The position numbers and the translations under genes were made by a program. 64,000 bases of DNA, from assembly GCA_973895155.1 (NCBI GenBank), contig OZ316898.1, positions 18,611,292 through 18,675,291 on the forward strand, given 5' to 3'. This document shows positions 9,856 to 21,654 of this stretch, piece by piece. The notes beneath the pieces are model-generated. The model was given only the letters and a program-made list of their open reading frames with translations. It searched no databases and was not told the DNA's origin. This DNA comes from Marsupella aquatica (lineage: Eukaryota; Plantae; Marchantiophyta). The number at the start of each line of letters is the position of its first letter. Position 1 is the first letter of the stretch.

Positions 9856-12800
9856 CTACTTCGTAGCGGATGGTGGCTTCTTCCCTCCTTTCTTTCCCTT
9901 CTCAGTCACCTCCTCAGGTGGAGGTGGTTTCCCAAAATCCTGAAACAACAACATAAACTATTAATATCCATGCATAAAACTCAGGTGTCTTTTTGTCCAG
10001 GTTTCTGAAATGTTAGTCCAAGCTGGGTTGGGAGAAAGTGGGACCTAGTTTTTGCATATCTGATGCATAACGTGTATCCTTGTCATTTGGACACCCCACT
10101 TCACCAGTCCATTTCCTAGACAGACCAACTGACAAACATGCACCTGCCCCTTTCCCTGTCATCCTTTGTTTCTCCCTACATGCGGACTGACGGATGGACA
10201 CCAACACTACTGCCTGTCAACTATAATATCCTGTGACTGCACATGAGCCATACAGCTTTCTTAACAAATCGTGTACAGAAAAATTTTCAGATCCACAAAA
10301 AATCCAAATTAAAGTTTTCCATCACCAAAATCTGACCCAAGATCTTTCCAAAGTTTTTTGGAAGCTACAGAATTTGTCTGCATTTTTACTTGATGCACAA
10401 ATTTTATCAAATGGATTATCATGGATCCGTTTCTACAGATGTTTTTTTTTTCTTTCAATTTTCTTGAAGTTGCTGAGTAAGTTGTTTATGCTAATGAGCA
10501 TTTTGCTACACTTTGGATTTCATGACATCCTTACCTTACTCCAAATTTCAGTAATCCAAATAATTTCAGGTTGAAAGCTTTCATATTTCTAGCTTTCAAT
10601 CAGCATAAGAACCGAGCCCAACCCTATGAGGACAAACACACTTTTTCAAGAGAGAAAGTGTGCGGTAACTGTAGTGTGCAGTAACCCATTGGGCTGTATT
10701 TAGCCCAATGGGTTACAGGCCATGGTTCCTAGAGAGGGGATGGGATACCACATGTGAACCCAATGAGTACATTTTGGAAAAATTATGCTCAGGAGAAGTT
10801 GGGGCTGGCTCATAACACTCAATATTTAGAAATACAATAGGAAGTTCACATGGAGGGTTTACATATGACAGAGAACCTGTGTCCCTATCAGATTCTTTTT
10901 GGCACATTTTTAAAATGGAGGCTAAGCACTGTGCCTAACCTTTCATGCAATTGAATAGAGTCCATAAATGTAAATTGTAGACTTCTTGTAAAAGCAGAGT
11001 TGATTACTACATCCGCATTTGAATTGAGTGTCATGCATTCAGCCAAAATTATAGGGGGGGTTAGTTAAAGTGTTCACCCTGACTCGTGTGTGAGTTTCAA
11101 TGTCCCAGGCTTTGATCTTGTAACAATGGGGTACCACCTCCTCAGCAGTCAAAGTCACCCGTTTTATCTGCATGCGAAATCCTTGCAGGTTATTAAAAGT
11201 AGGCCAAGTACTCTCCTCTCTTATGACAACCACAGTGAGACGTTTGGCAATGGGAACTAAAAACATCATGCATGATATGAAGAACTTGCCCAATGTCCAT
11301 GCATTGCACAATATTATCACAGTAAATCATGTCAAACAGAAGTGTTGTTAAGCACAAGTGACATGGCCAGGCTGTGGATGCTCGGCCTGACAACTGGATT
11401 TCAAAGAGTATATGAGCTGCAGGGAGAGTGATGGGTTGTGTGCGGAAAGGTGTACAGTGGCCCCATTTAGCCATGTCATGTTTGACGAGCCCTATGCCCA
11501 TGCCTTGCACGGTGCAATGAGGGCCAGCCCATAGGGAGTTGGGTCGGGGGGCAAGAGGCAGGGGCGAGTGCATCAGGACCGAGGGGAGGGCAAGACAGGG
11601 TTTCAGGGCAAGGGCATCAGGGCGAGGCAGGGCGTGGACCGAGGGGAGGGCAAGAGGCAGGGAGAGGGCAAGTGCTAATCAAATGGATACGAAAATACTC
11701 TAAAATACCTTATGGCCAATTTTGATTTCCGCCAATTCTGGATTTCATAACGGGACGAAGTACTAAAAATGGGGGCATTGTCTATTATAGCTGTAGATTA
11801 TTTCACCATTATCCAGCAGGCAGGGAGGCTTCCCACCAGCCAGAGTGACATTTTGTGATTAAACAGACTTTAAGAGGAAGAAACGCCAGGATTGCATAGT
11901 CTAGATGTGTTGTAACTTACACTACGTAATCGTTTTTCTGAGCATGCCCACTTGACAATTTGTTCAATGGAGCTCACACTGAAGTCTTCAGAGAACTGGG
12001 CCAGGAGTGAAAGGTCAAAACCATATCTCAAGATTGCTCCGCGTCTCTCCAACAGGGCCCTCCAAATCATCAATCTGCTTGAATAGTCTGGATATGGGCA
12101 GTAAATCCGCTTGTGGAAGAATTTCAAGAATGTGCCAGTCGTCTTGTTGGGACCCTTCTTCCCCTCTAAATCCTGCCAACAACACAGAAATACAAATCTG
12201 AAAAGAGAATAACATATCTTAACTCTAAATCCTACAGCTGCAGAGGGAGGAATTGGCTCTATCCAATAAGGGATCTGGACGTTTAAGAATGCAGAAAGGT
12301 GCCGTAACCCGCTTCAAACCAGAAGCCATCCAATTATGAAATGCAAGCTTAGCAAGTCATACCAGATAGCAAGAGAGGCGGTGACTGTCTAAAACTCACT
12401 GTGGTCTTGTTGGTGCAGCCAATTAGCGTTACACGGTCTCCTCGCCATAACGCTTTCATCTCCTTGATCAGACCTTTCTTAATCCTGTTGGGCTTGTCTT
12501 TGAATCCCCAGCTCCTTATTTTCTTCTTATCAGAAATAAATACCTGCATCAAGATTCCATGTTAGCTCTTCCTGGCTGACCTTGTACATCCAACTCGTTC
12601 CTCCGATCTGGTGGGCTTGTATTTTGGATTCAAGAATGGCTGGGTTCTACTAAAGTTTGTAGGAGCTGCTCTGTGCAAAGAAGGCACTGAAACTTTAAAC
12701 ACAAAGCGGAAGTCGAAGTAGACAAGTATAACTTCCATGATTTGGATTCAAACTGTGAAAGAAATTTGAGAAGGTCTCAATTGACCTTCTCAATCTCGTC

Positions 12801-15800
12801 TATGTAAATGATGCTCGGTGCCATGACTTTAGCAAGCTTGAACGTCATTTGAAGCATCTGAGTCACTTTCTTAGCTCCTTTGTACTTGCCATCAATTACT
12901 CTCGGGGACAAGTTGAAATAGGTAGCTCCAGCTGCTCGACACGCCGCATGAACCTGAACATGGAAGACTATCCCCTGTCAATGATGCATTGTCCACAACT
13001 CTGTACAAAAAGTGAAATGAGCTGCCAAATCAAAGCATCTGCTGCAAGTTTGATCGTAAGCACTGACGTTTCAATACCGACAGTCAGAGTCAAATAACAG
13101 AATCCAGCCATCTCATCAAGTGAAAAGGACTCCAGAAGAAAAACAAGGAGGGCAACGAAAAGAGAGCCTAATTCTGACAGCTTCAGCGCCACTCGAGACG
13201 GAAATTAATTCTTTAAGTACTGTATATGTTGCTGCCACAAACTCTAGAGAGACAAAAGAGCGAATGAGCATGACTATGGGAGAACTTACCAGAAGTGTCT
13301 TCCCGACACCTTCACCGCCATAGAGGAGGACCGAATTGATTAAAGGCCCACTTTCGTTGATCGTTTCCGAAGCTAGAGGGAAGATACAGTTCTCAATCAC
13401 TGCCCTTTTGACCTACAATGCACACACATCGAGCATTTCAGGGAGTGCAGAAAGCTTGCCTAGAGACCATTGGATAGGCTAGTTTCCAGGAGCTTTATGT
13501 AGTCACAAGTCTGCCTTTTCTTGACCAATCTAGTTTATATTATTGAGCAACCTTGAAAAATTGTTCTTATGATACAAGCAAGAAGTGCAATTAAGACCTG
13601 TGCCATTGACGGATCGGCCCTTGCAGCCCACCCTGGCAATGGAGGAACTGCTTTGTAGTTATCTGAGCCGACGTACTCCGAGAAGGAGCGCTTTGGGCAC
13701 AACTGTATGATCTCATTATGCAGAAGGTCCCCAAATACAGCTTCCAAGGTTTTGTTCATGGTCGAGTCTTTCTTCCTCTTGGGCTTCTTTGGGGGAGGAG
13801 GATAGTTAGGCTCGTCCTTCTTTTTCTCCTTCAAAGCCTTTTTAGCTGCTACTCTGTCTTTCTTTTCCTGAGCTTTTTCTGCCTTCAACCTTGCCTTGAA
13901 CTCTTTTTCCTTTCCCTCCTTCTTAGCTATCTTCATCAAGATTTTGATCCTGGCCTTCCTCTCCAATCTCATTTTTTTCTTTAGATTCACAAGGAGCACT
14001 CTGGTGTTGTCGTCAGTTTGTAAGCGCATCTGTGACACAATTTAGACACAGCCAATTCAGCTACCGGCTATATTACCGCGGTAACTGACTGAAAAAAAGG
14101 TCGCCGATAGGTTCCCCTGCTGCTAATCATCCAGCAGGCAAGCGCTTGAATGTAGCTGAGTATAGCTTGCACTGATCGACTTCTGGACTATCCTCCAAGA
14201 TGTCTTTACCTGTGTCATTTCCAATCACAGTCCTCATGCAGTGATTTGTAAGTGGATGATGTGATTGTTTTTTCTTTGGCCCTGAAATCTTGTCCATAGG
14301 CATAATAGTATGTTCTGAATGTCCAATGAAAAAGAATCAATGCACAAATGATTAGGTGGTATCAAAGTCTGAATTTTTTTAACCTCTTCAAAAATGATGG
14401 GTCGCAATGACGACTTCAATCTGTCTGGTAGGAACTTCTGCTCATAGTTAGTGTAGTCATCCTTGTCAAACCAATACCCCTTGTAGAGATCATGGGCATC
14501 CTTCGCAAATCTACGGAAGAAGTCAGGGCATGTAGGTGGTGCATCCTCGTCCGGTTCTGGGAACTTGGGCGGTGGTACTTGACCTCCTTTTGTCTTTCCC
14601 GTCTTCTTCTGCGTATCAGCACCACCTTTTTTGTTATCTTTCTGCTCGGGCCGCTCCACGGGCGGAAGAGGATCCACAATTTCCGTACTACCCCCCTCTT
14701 TCTTCTTTGGCAGAGGCATGTACTGTCCTGAGGCCGGATCGCGGTTGTCGTTGAGGTACTTGTTGATTTTCTCCTGTACGATCTCACACATCTCTTGCCC
14801 TTCCAACTCTTTGATTTTCAACAGAGCTCCCGGTGTGGCAGCTTGTAGCCCTTTCTCATTCTCCCGCTGATTTGTTTTGCGCACCTCCTCAATCTCCTCG
14901 ACTTTCTTCGTTACATTTTGTGGGTCTGCTGTTCTGAAAGTGTTCATGCCTTAAAACAAACAGCCAAACAACCTGCCCCTTTTAGTTTTCCATGAATTTG
15001 GACCTGGTGTTATTAAACCGTTTAGGCGTGAGCAAAAGGCAGCTAACCAATCAATCACTTTTACCAAAGTATGAATTTGGATCCGGTATTACCAAATTGT
15101 TCATGTCTGAGTAAACAACAATCAAACAATCCTAGTTTCCAATGAATTTGGATGTGGTGTTTTGCAATTGTTCACGCCTGAGAAAAGATTAGCTATTCGC
15201 TACCCATGAAGGAAGAATGAAAAATAAGGCCGATGTGCTTGTGTGCAGATTTCGTCTCTCACTGGCCAGCTAGGAAAACGACTGAAAGTCAAGCAGCTAG
15301 AAATCAATTCTTGGTGGCCTAATAGTATCCACAAACCTTGATGTGCAATAGAAAGAATCAAACTTCTCAGAAGCTCAACAACGCTGTATGCATTTGAGGA
15401 CTCGATTGACTCTACGGAACTGATGTACTAACCGAGAAGATTGAGCTCATCCAATGCATCATGCCTCGTCCTTGCTCTGGCAAGAAAGCCACGAATTCTG
15501 CATATCTTGTCAAGGACACGTTCTTGCTGTTTCAAATCTGATTCTCTTCCAATATGCTGAACAGTTTTATGGGTGTTCTAGTATCAACAAGCTTCGAAGT
15601 TGTCCCCAGCCAAAGTTTATTTGGAAATTACAACACATAGAATGGTGAGGATACAGGCGCTGGATTGTCATACAGGCGGTTTCACGAGTTTGGCCCTCAA
15701 TTCCAGCTTTCTGCCGTGCCAGATCAATCTCCTGCTGTGCACTGTACTCCTTTGCAACTTTTCGCAGAATAAGTATTAGCATCGGCGCCAGAAATACAAC

Positions 15801-18197
15801 TAAGCGACATGCATTTTAGATACTGGTTTGCTAACTCCCTTCTTACTAGCCTTGTAAGTATTGATAATTGCTCTTAACTTAGCCCAACTGATAACAGTGC
15901 TAGCGAGCTCCCGTATCACAATGATTGCAGCACTCCGTATCTTGGTTACTTACCGGAGAGCAACCTGTCTTATGCATTCATTTTGAATATTAGCAAACGA
16001 GTTCAGTATTTCCTAATAAACATTTTAGTAAGGTAGTACCGAATCTTGAGGATGTCATTTATCTTCTGCCGTGCTTGGCGCCCCCTTTCCTCGGCCTAGC
16101 CAAAACATCAGTCGTTGGTTAGTCTGTATATCATCAAGATGCTATTCAGTTAGCAAGGTGAACTGTGAAGTTGGCTGTATCAGTACAATTTTCTGTTCAG
16201 ATAGCTGCGCTTGTGCTTGTGTGTGGCTATCTTCTTCTACCTGAATGATTATGATCGCCTCTTCTTCAGTCAACCCTGTCGGTGGCATCTCTGGTGGCTT
16301 GGCGTTCAATAGCCCAGCTGCTTCCAATGCGGCAATCTGTTTTAGGCACAAGGAGTGGTTTTTTCCGACCCAGTATGAAAAGCATTCCAATCCATGGCTG
16401 ACGGAGGTACGGGTGAAATGGAAAAGATGATTAATTCGCTTTTCTTTGAAATGCTGAGTTTTTCAATTCGAAGTTTCTTTTTCTGTTGATTATGTACTCC
16501 TTAGAGTGTGAAGTCAAACATAAATGCAGGAAGTAGTTTCATTACCTTCTACGTACAAGGCGTGCGTGCAGGTTCAGGCAACAATATACTTACGATGGAA
16601 AAGTCCTTACCACAAACTTCTCCCTAGTTTCCAAGAGAACTTTGTTGTCATCCGTTAGGAAACGTGGTGGAATGACGTCCAAAGTTTCAAACCCCAGCTT
16701 CTTTTCTAGCTGCGACAACCCCAAAGAAGGAGCAAAAGATTAAGACATTCTAGCTGGGATCGAAAGCTATGAAGGGTAGCTAGCGGTTCACAGTATAGGG
16801 AGTGATCACATTTTTTGTCATGTGTAGTTCGACAGGAATCTTCCCATCAGACTTGAACATTCAACATGACTGCTTAATTTTCTTGTGGATGGCATTTGGA
16901 AAGGGCTCTGTTCAAAGTCAAAGTCAGCAACCTAAAGGGAACCTTCTGGGCTCCAATAACAAAGTTGGATAGGGCACGACATGATGTCTCACAAGAAGCT
17001 CAGAACTCACCAATATATCACCGAAGTCCCTATATTCACCTCCCTCGTTGAGAAGGTTTATGAACTGCCACCAACGTCATGACAACCACAAGTTATCATT
17101 GAAACGCCTTGGAATTTCACTGAAGCAAACGGTGAAAAACTTGTCCTTTGTGTTTCTTAAAGCTTCATATCGCTTCATGAGGAACATTCCACGGTTTGGA
17201 TACGTCGCTAATTTAAGAGAGAAGAGCAAAAAATAGGGAATTGGTATTGTCCCGCTGAAGAAAATGTCACATGGGGAAGATGCCCTTGTCATCTTACAGA
17301 TTTGACCTCCAAGATACGACCTATGCATGCTTCCAGAGCCTTCTTGACATCACGGCGTTTTTGGGGGTGAACTATCTGCCACAGTTAAACAAGTAAATAT
17401 TGGGGTGAAAGTGGCAAATAGACTGAATAATATGATTGCTTGCTTAGTTTTTGCAAAAGTCTGCATCGTTCGCCACACTTCTTTCTCAGAGCAGTTATCT
17501 GCAATGCAATAAATTTCGGCACAGAGGGACGGCTTACTTGATCGTAGCAGTCTTCCAGTTTGGTGTAAACTTGGAAGTACCTGATGTACAGGACAGACCA
17601 CTGGTAGATGGGAGGCTGCACAACGAAATAATGAGAAATCCGTCGTTAAAACTAGGGACGAAATAGACATCACATTCGGTGAAACCTCTGAGCATTATAC
17701 TAGGCCCTACAACTTTGAGCATGAGAGTTGCCCACGTTTAAGCTTCCACTTCGAAAGCATATTTAAGTCTGTGCATACAGCCCACTTATAACCCCTGATG
17801 CTGAAACCCCCGATGTCTAAAGTTAGAATTTTATGTTTTTCTTCAGAAATGCCTGTCGAATAAGGTTAGCCACCAACCAACTAACAATGCTGATCATGTT
17901 CGGGAAAATGCATAGCGGAGGGTCAGAACCTAGTGAGCATTGGAGAAGGTCCGACTGAAAATTGAAATTCATTGTAATGAGCTCCAGTCTGAAGGAGCGA
18001 GAAGTGGAGTGTGAGTAGGTGCTTACGGGTGGTGGTGGCTTATCGTCCTTCTTCCCTTTCTTCTTTTTCTTCTCCTTCTCCTTGGCCTTCTTTTGCTCCT
18101 CTGTTTCGGGTGTTGAAAGCACGGTCTCCTCATTCCAAATGAGCAACATCTCTTGCATTGCTTCATCCCATTGCTTGTCAAGCAAACTGCAGTTCAT
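9856..18197 (-). CDS. IQCA1: IQ and AAA domain-containing protein / nexin-dynein regulatory complex subunit DRC11 (about 880 aa, 17 exons)
   Basis: Phase-consistent exons: 18027-18197, 17538-17615, 17298-17375, 17011-17064, 16611-16709, 16241-16336, 16040-16095, 15655-15741, 15433-15497, 14384-14949, 13598-14029, 13290-13412, 12786-12953, 12400-12543, 11921-12172, 11078-11167, 9856-9939 (2643 nt total). Motifs: LEDCYDQIVHPQKR (IQCA1 N-terminal signature), IQ motif IQRLIRGFLAR, Walker A LLYGGEGVGKT, Walker B IIYIDEIE. Confidence 0.92.
11455..11780. mobile_element. Degenerate Tc1/mariner-like MITE inside DRC11 intron 15
   Basis: TA|CAGTGGCCCCATTTAG at the left end versus CTAAAAATGGGGGCATTG at the right end (imperfect TIR). 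The interior carries G-rich GGGCAAG/GGACCGAGGGGAGGGCAAG repeats. Confidence 0.4.
15498..15654 (-). other. U12-type (minor spliceosome) GT-AG intron in DRC11
   Basis: 5' site GTATCCTCA; branch site TCCTTGAC at 15509-15516 with the branch A about 12 nt from the 3' end; no polypyrimidine tract. Removing the intron restores the IQ motif in frame. Confidence 0.85.
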
Positions 18198-21100
18198 TCA
18201 TCATACTTCAAATCAATGTCTGCACTGATGTGCAGATCAATGCCGACAATGCTGTGGACAAATCGCAAGGGCATGAAGCAATTTATTGGAAGACTTTCGC
18301 GCTTTGACATTGTCAGGGCTTCTAATAGCCTTTGCATCAGGGAATTACTCCCTTTCCTGATCCAATAGCCTAGCCTTTCTTGAGACAAATGTCATTTTCT
18401 CGGATAAACTTTGATCAAGTTGACCATGTTTATTTATTTTAATGTATGGTTTTGACGCAGCAGGAAAATTTACGTATGCTCTAGTTTGCAACCTCCTTGC
18501 GTTGTGCTCTAGATTTCTGAGATCAGTTGGAGACTACGTTGCAAATCGTATCGTATGAGAGTTCAAAGCTTGGCTTTTGTGAATCTGAAATTATTGAGAG
18601 GGGTTGAAGTCGGACGACCCCTTGAGAAAGAAATTTGTGCTCCTCGCAATATCTCCCTGAAAAATTATTTTATTCTGCGCAGAGTCAACGACTAGTCTCC
18701 ACAAATCGGTATTTATTGCGTCTCTCGGACTGAAACCCTTATTCTCTTTCTCGTCCAACAATTTGGACAGAGCTGGCGTCCGAGTTGATCTACAAGTGCA
18801 CAGGGGATGGCCGGAAACGTGCTCTCAAGAGGGCTAGGAAAGGGGACATGTGGACGGCTCTCTTAGAGCGCCTCTACGCAGTGCCTAAAACAGGGAATAA
18901 ATCGAATTATTTCGCCCGGACATCCACAATGGTTAGCTTTATAAAATTTTCAACAACCTCATTTACAAACTTAGGATTCTTTCCAGCAGGCAATTGCTCG
19001 ATAGTAATGGCCCACACAGTGTCTATTGATTACCCAGCCCTAAATTTAGTAGAAAAGACAAGCGAGCGTCAATCTGTTCATCTTGGTCACTGTTGTCACA
19101 ATTTGTTGACAGAAATGTGCTACATGAAGGTGGGCAGGGAACCATTTCTTCATGCTGAGTTTTAGACTAGAGATGGGTGGTTGGTAGTTTGAACCGGAGG
19201 TGACTGATTGCAGACTTACACATGCGACGCCATCTTCGGGCCTGTTGATCAAAAAATTGTTGTGCGGGTGGAGCCGACTGGATCACAACCAAATTAACTG
19301 CCGCAGGCGACCGGTCGAATTCAGCTTCTATCTATGTCTCTGCAAATGCCGAATTGCTCCAAATCCCAAGCCAAAGTCAAAGCTTCATCACACAGACATT
19401 CCTAAACTGTCAACAGCTGATCTGTGCATGGAGGAGAAACAAACAAAATGGGGGCAGCAAGTACGACGTTCTGAGCAATAACTGAACCATCCTAAACTAA
19501 CACGTTTCTCATGTGAGTGTTGGTGTTCACAGAATTGCCGGAGAGGTGTTAATCTAGAGGTGCACATTGTTAGTGGAATGATGGTCGTGCAATTCTTCTG
19601 AATTCCAAATCCTTCCTAGCAAAGTGACACTCCTCTACGAATTGGCTCGCCTTCGGTTATTAACCTACAATCTTTTAACCTGGTCTACGAGATCGACAGG
19701 CTATTCGTTTCACATTGAGATCGTCCTCAGCCAGGACCACAAACATTGGATTTAAATCTTTCAAAGTTCGGTACCATTCTATGTGCACAGGCTGAAATAT
19801 GGATGATTCAATTCAACTAACCAACATGCCAAGATCAGCGGATAAGGAACACAAAAAGTTGGGATCCTGCCATGAAAATCTCTTGGTGAACGGACATTCG
19901 CTTTTCTCTCGAGATTCAAGCAGGAGGTTGTAGAAATAATGACAGGCATAAGAATAAGGTCCACCGGTAATTTAGGCAGGCCTCGTCCACAAGACCACGA
20001 GACATGCCTTGAGCAAGGCCTGCCATGTCAATGTGTGAAACTGCCTAAACTGCCATGTAAGCAGGAGATATGGTCTTATGATGTGTTGGGTGATGCAGCG
20101 TTAATTAATGGTTCCCTGTCGCCGAACCAGACGTATAGTCGGATGTGAGAAGATTGAAAACGAACATTCAGTGGAGGCAATTCATACCTTTTGTTCCTAA
20201 TCTACCAGCATCTCAACTTGTGTCGGGAGATCTTCTATGAGTTATCCTCCCTATGAGTTATTTCTTTGTCTGTCTGTCTGCCTGTTCGAGGAGAAATCTA
20301 GGGAACTAAAGCTGTGGGTACAAGAAACAAACTGATTCAGGTCCTTCCGCAGGAGTGTTTACCGTTGCTTCCTGTCCGAATTATTGTCGTCAGCCTCCCC
20401 TTCTGAGCAGCTAGATAGAAAGAGGATAGATAGTGCAAGACCGATCCTGTGCGATTGGGTTTCTGATGCACCTTAATCCTACTTCACGCTGAATCTTGGC
20501 CTTCTTCGAACGCAGCGCAACCTTTATGGGAGTGACAAACCGAGCTTCTCCAAGATTTGAATGAGCACTCAGTTCTCGAGTCATAAGAAGCCCAACTAGT
20601 CCTCATCAAGGCAAACAAACTCAATCTTTCAACTCCTTATGACCGGAATAGTTCTGGTGGAACTCCTTTGGTTTGTAAATGGTAGATGTGATTCGGAGTG
20701 GCACAGGCGCTGGATAGTGATTATTGAAACATGCTAGTCCGTACCTCATTTCTAGAGTATGTTGATCTAATTTGATACTTTTTCAACTCGTTCTGCTGCG
20801 CTTGCGTTGAAAGGGTGAACACATGGCTTAACACTCGAAAAACACAGAAAGCCCCTAAAACAAACTAGCCAGAGGATGTATCCATCGCATTCTTGATCAC
20901 AATTGAAATGGGAAATGTGAAACAATTGCCCTTACCTGTAGGAACACACAAAAGCATTTCTGAATTGGAATTGGAAAGAACTAGAATCAAGCAGACATTT
21001 TCGGAATTCTTTTCAAAAACCGCTGCTCTACGGCGTAACTCTGAAGAGAATGATTTATCTTCAAGATACTTTATCTCAGTCACCAGGATGGGTGGTGGAC

Positions 21101-21306
21101 CTTGACTACATTCACTTCTATTGAGAAGTGCAGTAAGATATCCAAATGTACTTTGACCTATCCCTTAGGCTGCGTAGTGTCTGAATGGCAAAAGTCTTGT
21201 AACTGACAATTGCCGCTGGAAAAACGTATGTTCAGTTTCCTTACTAACATGACTACAGATAGAACCTAGAACCAACCTCTCCGCAGTGCTTTCGAACACT
21301 CGAAAA

Positions 21307-21654
21307 TCAAGACCCCGATACCTTTGCAGCTGTGGTCTTCTTTTCCTTCTTCTCCTTTTTCTCCCTCTTTTTAAGAGTATCCATGTGCGCTTTCAATACA
21401 GTAGCATATGCCATCTGAAAACGATGATGATCTTTTGCTGATAACAGTGTACTAATTTTCTTTTTCCCATCAGTTGCTCTCACGATACAGCGGAACTGTG
21501 ACTCCTCCACTGGAGACTCGTTTTCGGGCTTTCGCTTGCCCTTTCGTTGCAAACTTGAGCGCTTGAGGGTCACCCACACGGTGCCAGACTCCCTAGTCCC
21601 TTCATATAGCTTCGTGAGCTCGTTCAGAAATGGGTCTGCATCCAGAAGAACCAT
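21307..21654 (-). CDS. SRP14: Signal recognition particle 14 kDa protein (115 aa, intronless CDS)
   Basis: MVLLDADPFLNELTKLYE...GTVWVTLKR...CIVRATDGKKKISTL...F..AY..VLKAHMDTLKKREKK is the SRP14 signature. ATG at 21654. Confidence 0.95.
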   Translation of the reverse strand: MVLLDADPFLNELTKLYEGTRESGTVWVTLKRSSLQRKGKRKPENESPVEESQFRCIVRATDGKKKISTLLSAKDHHRFQMAYATVLKAHMDTLKKREKKEKKEKKTTAAKVSGS

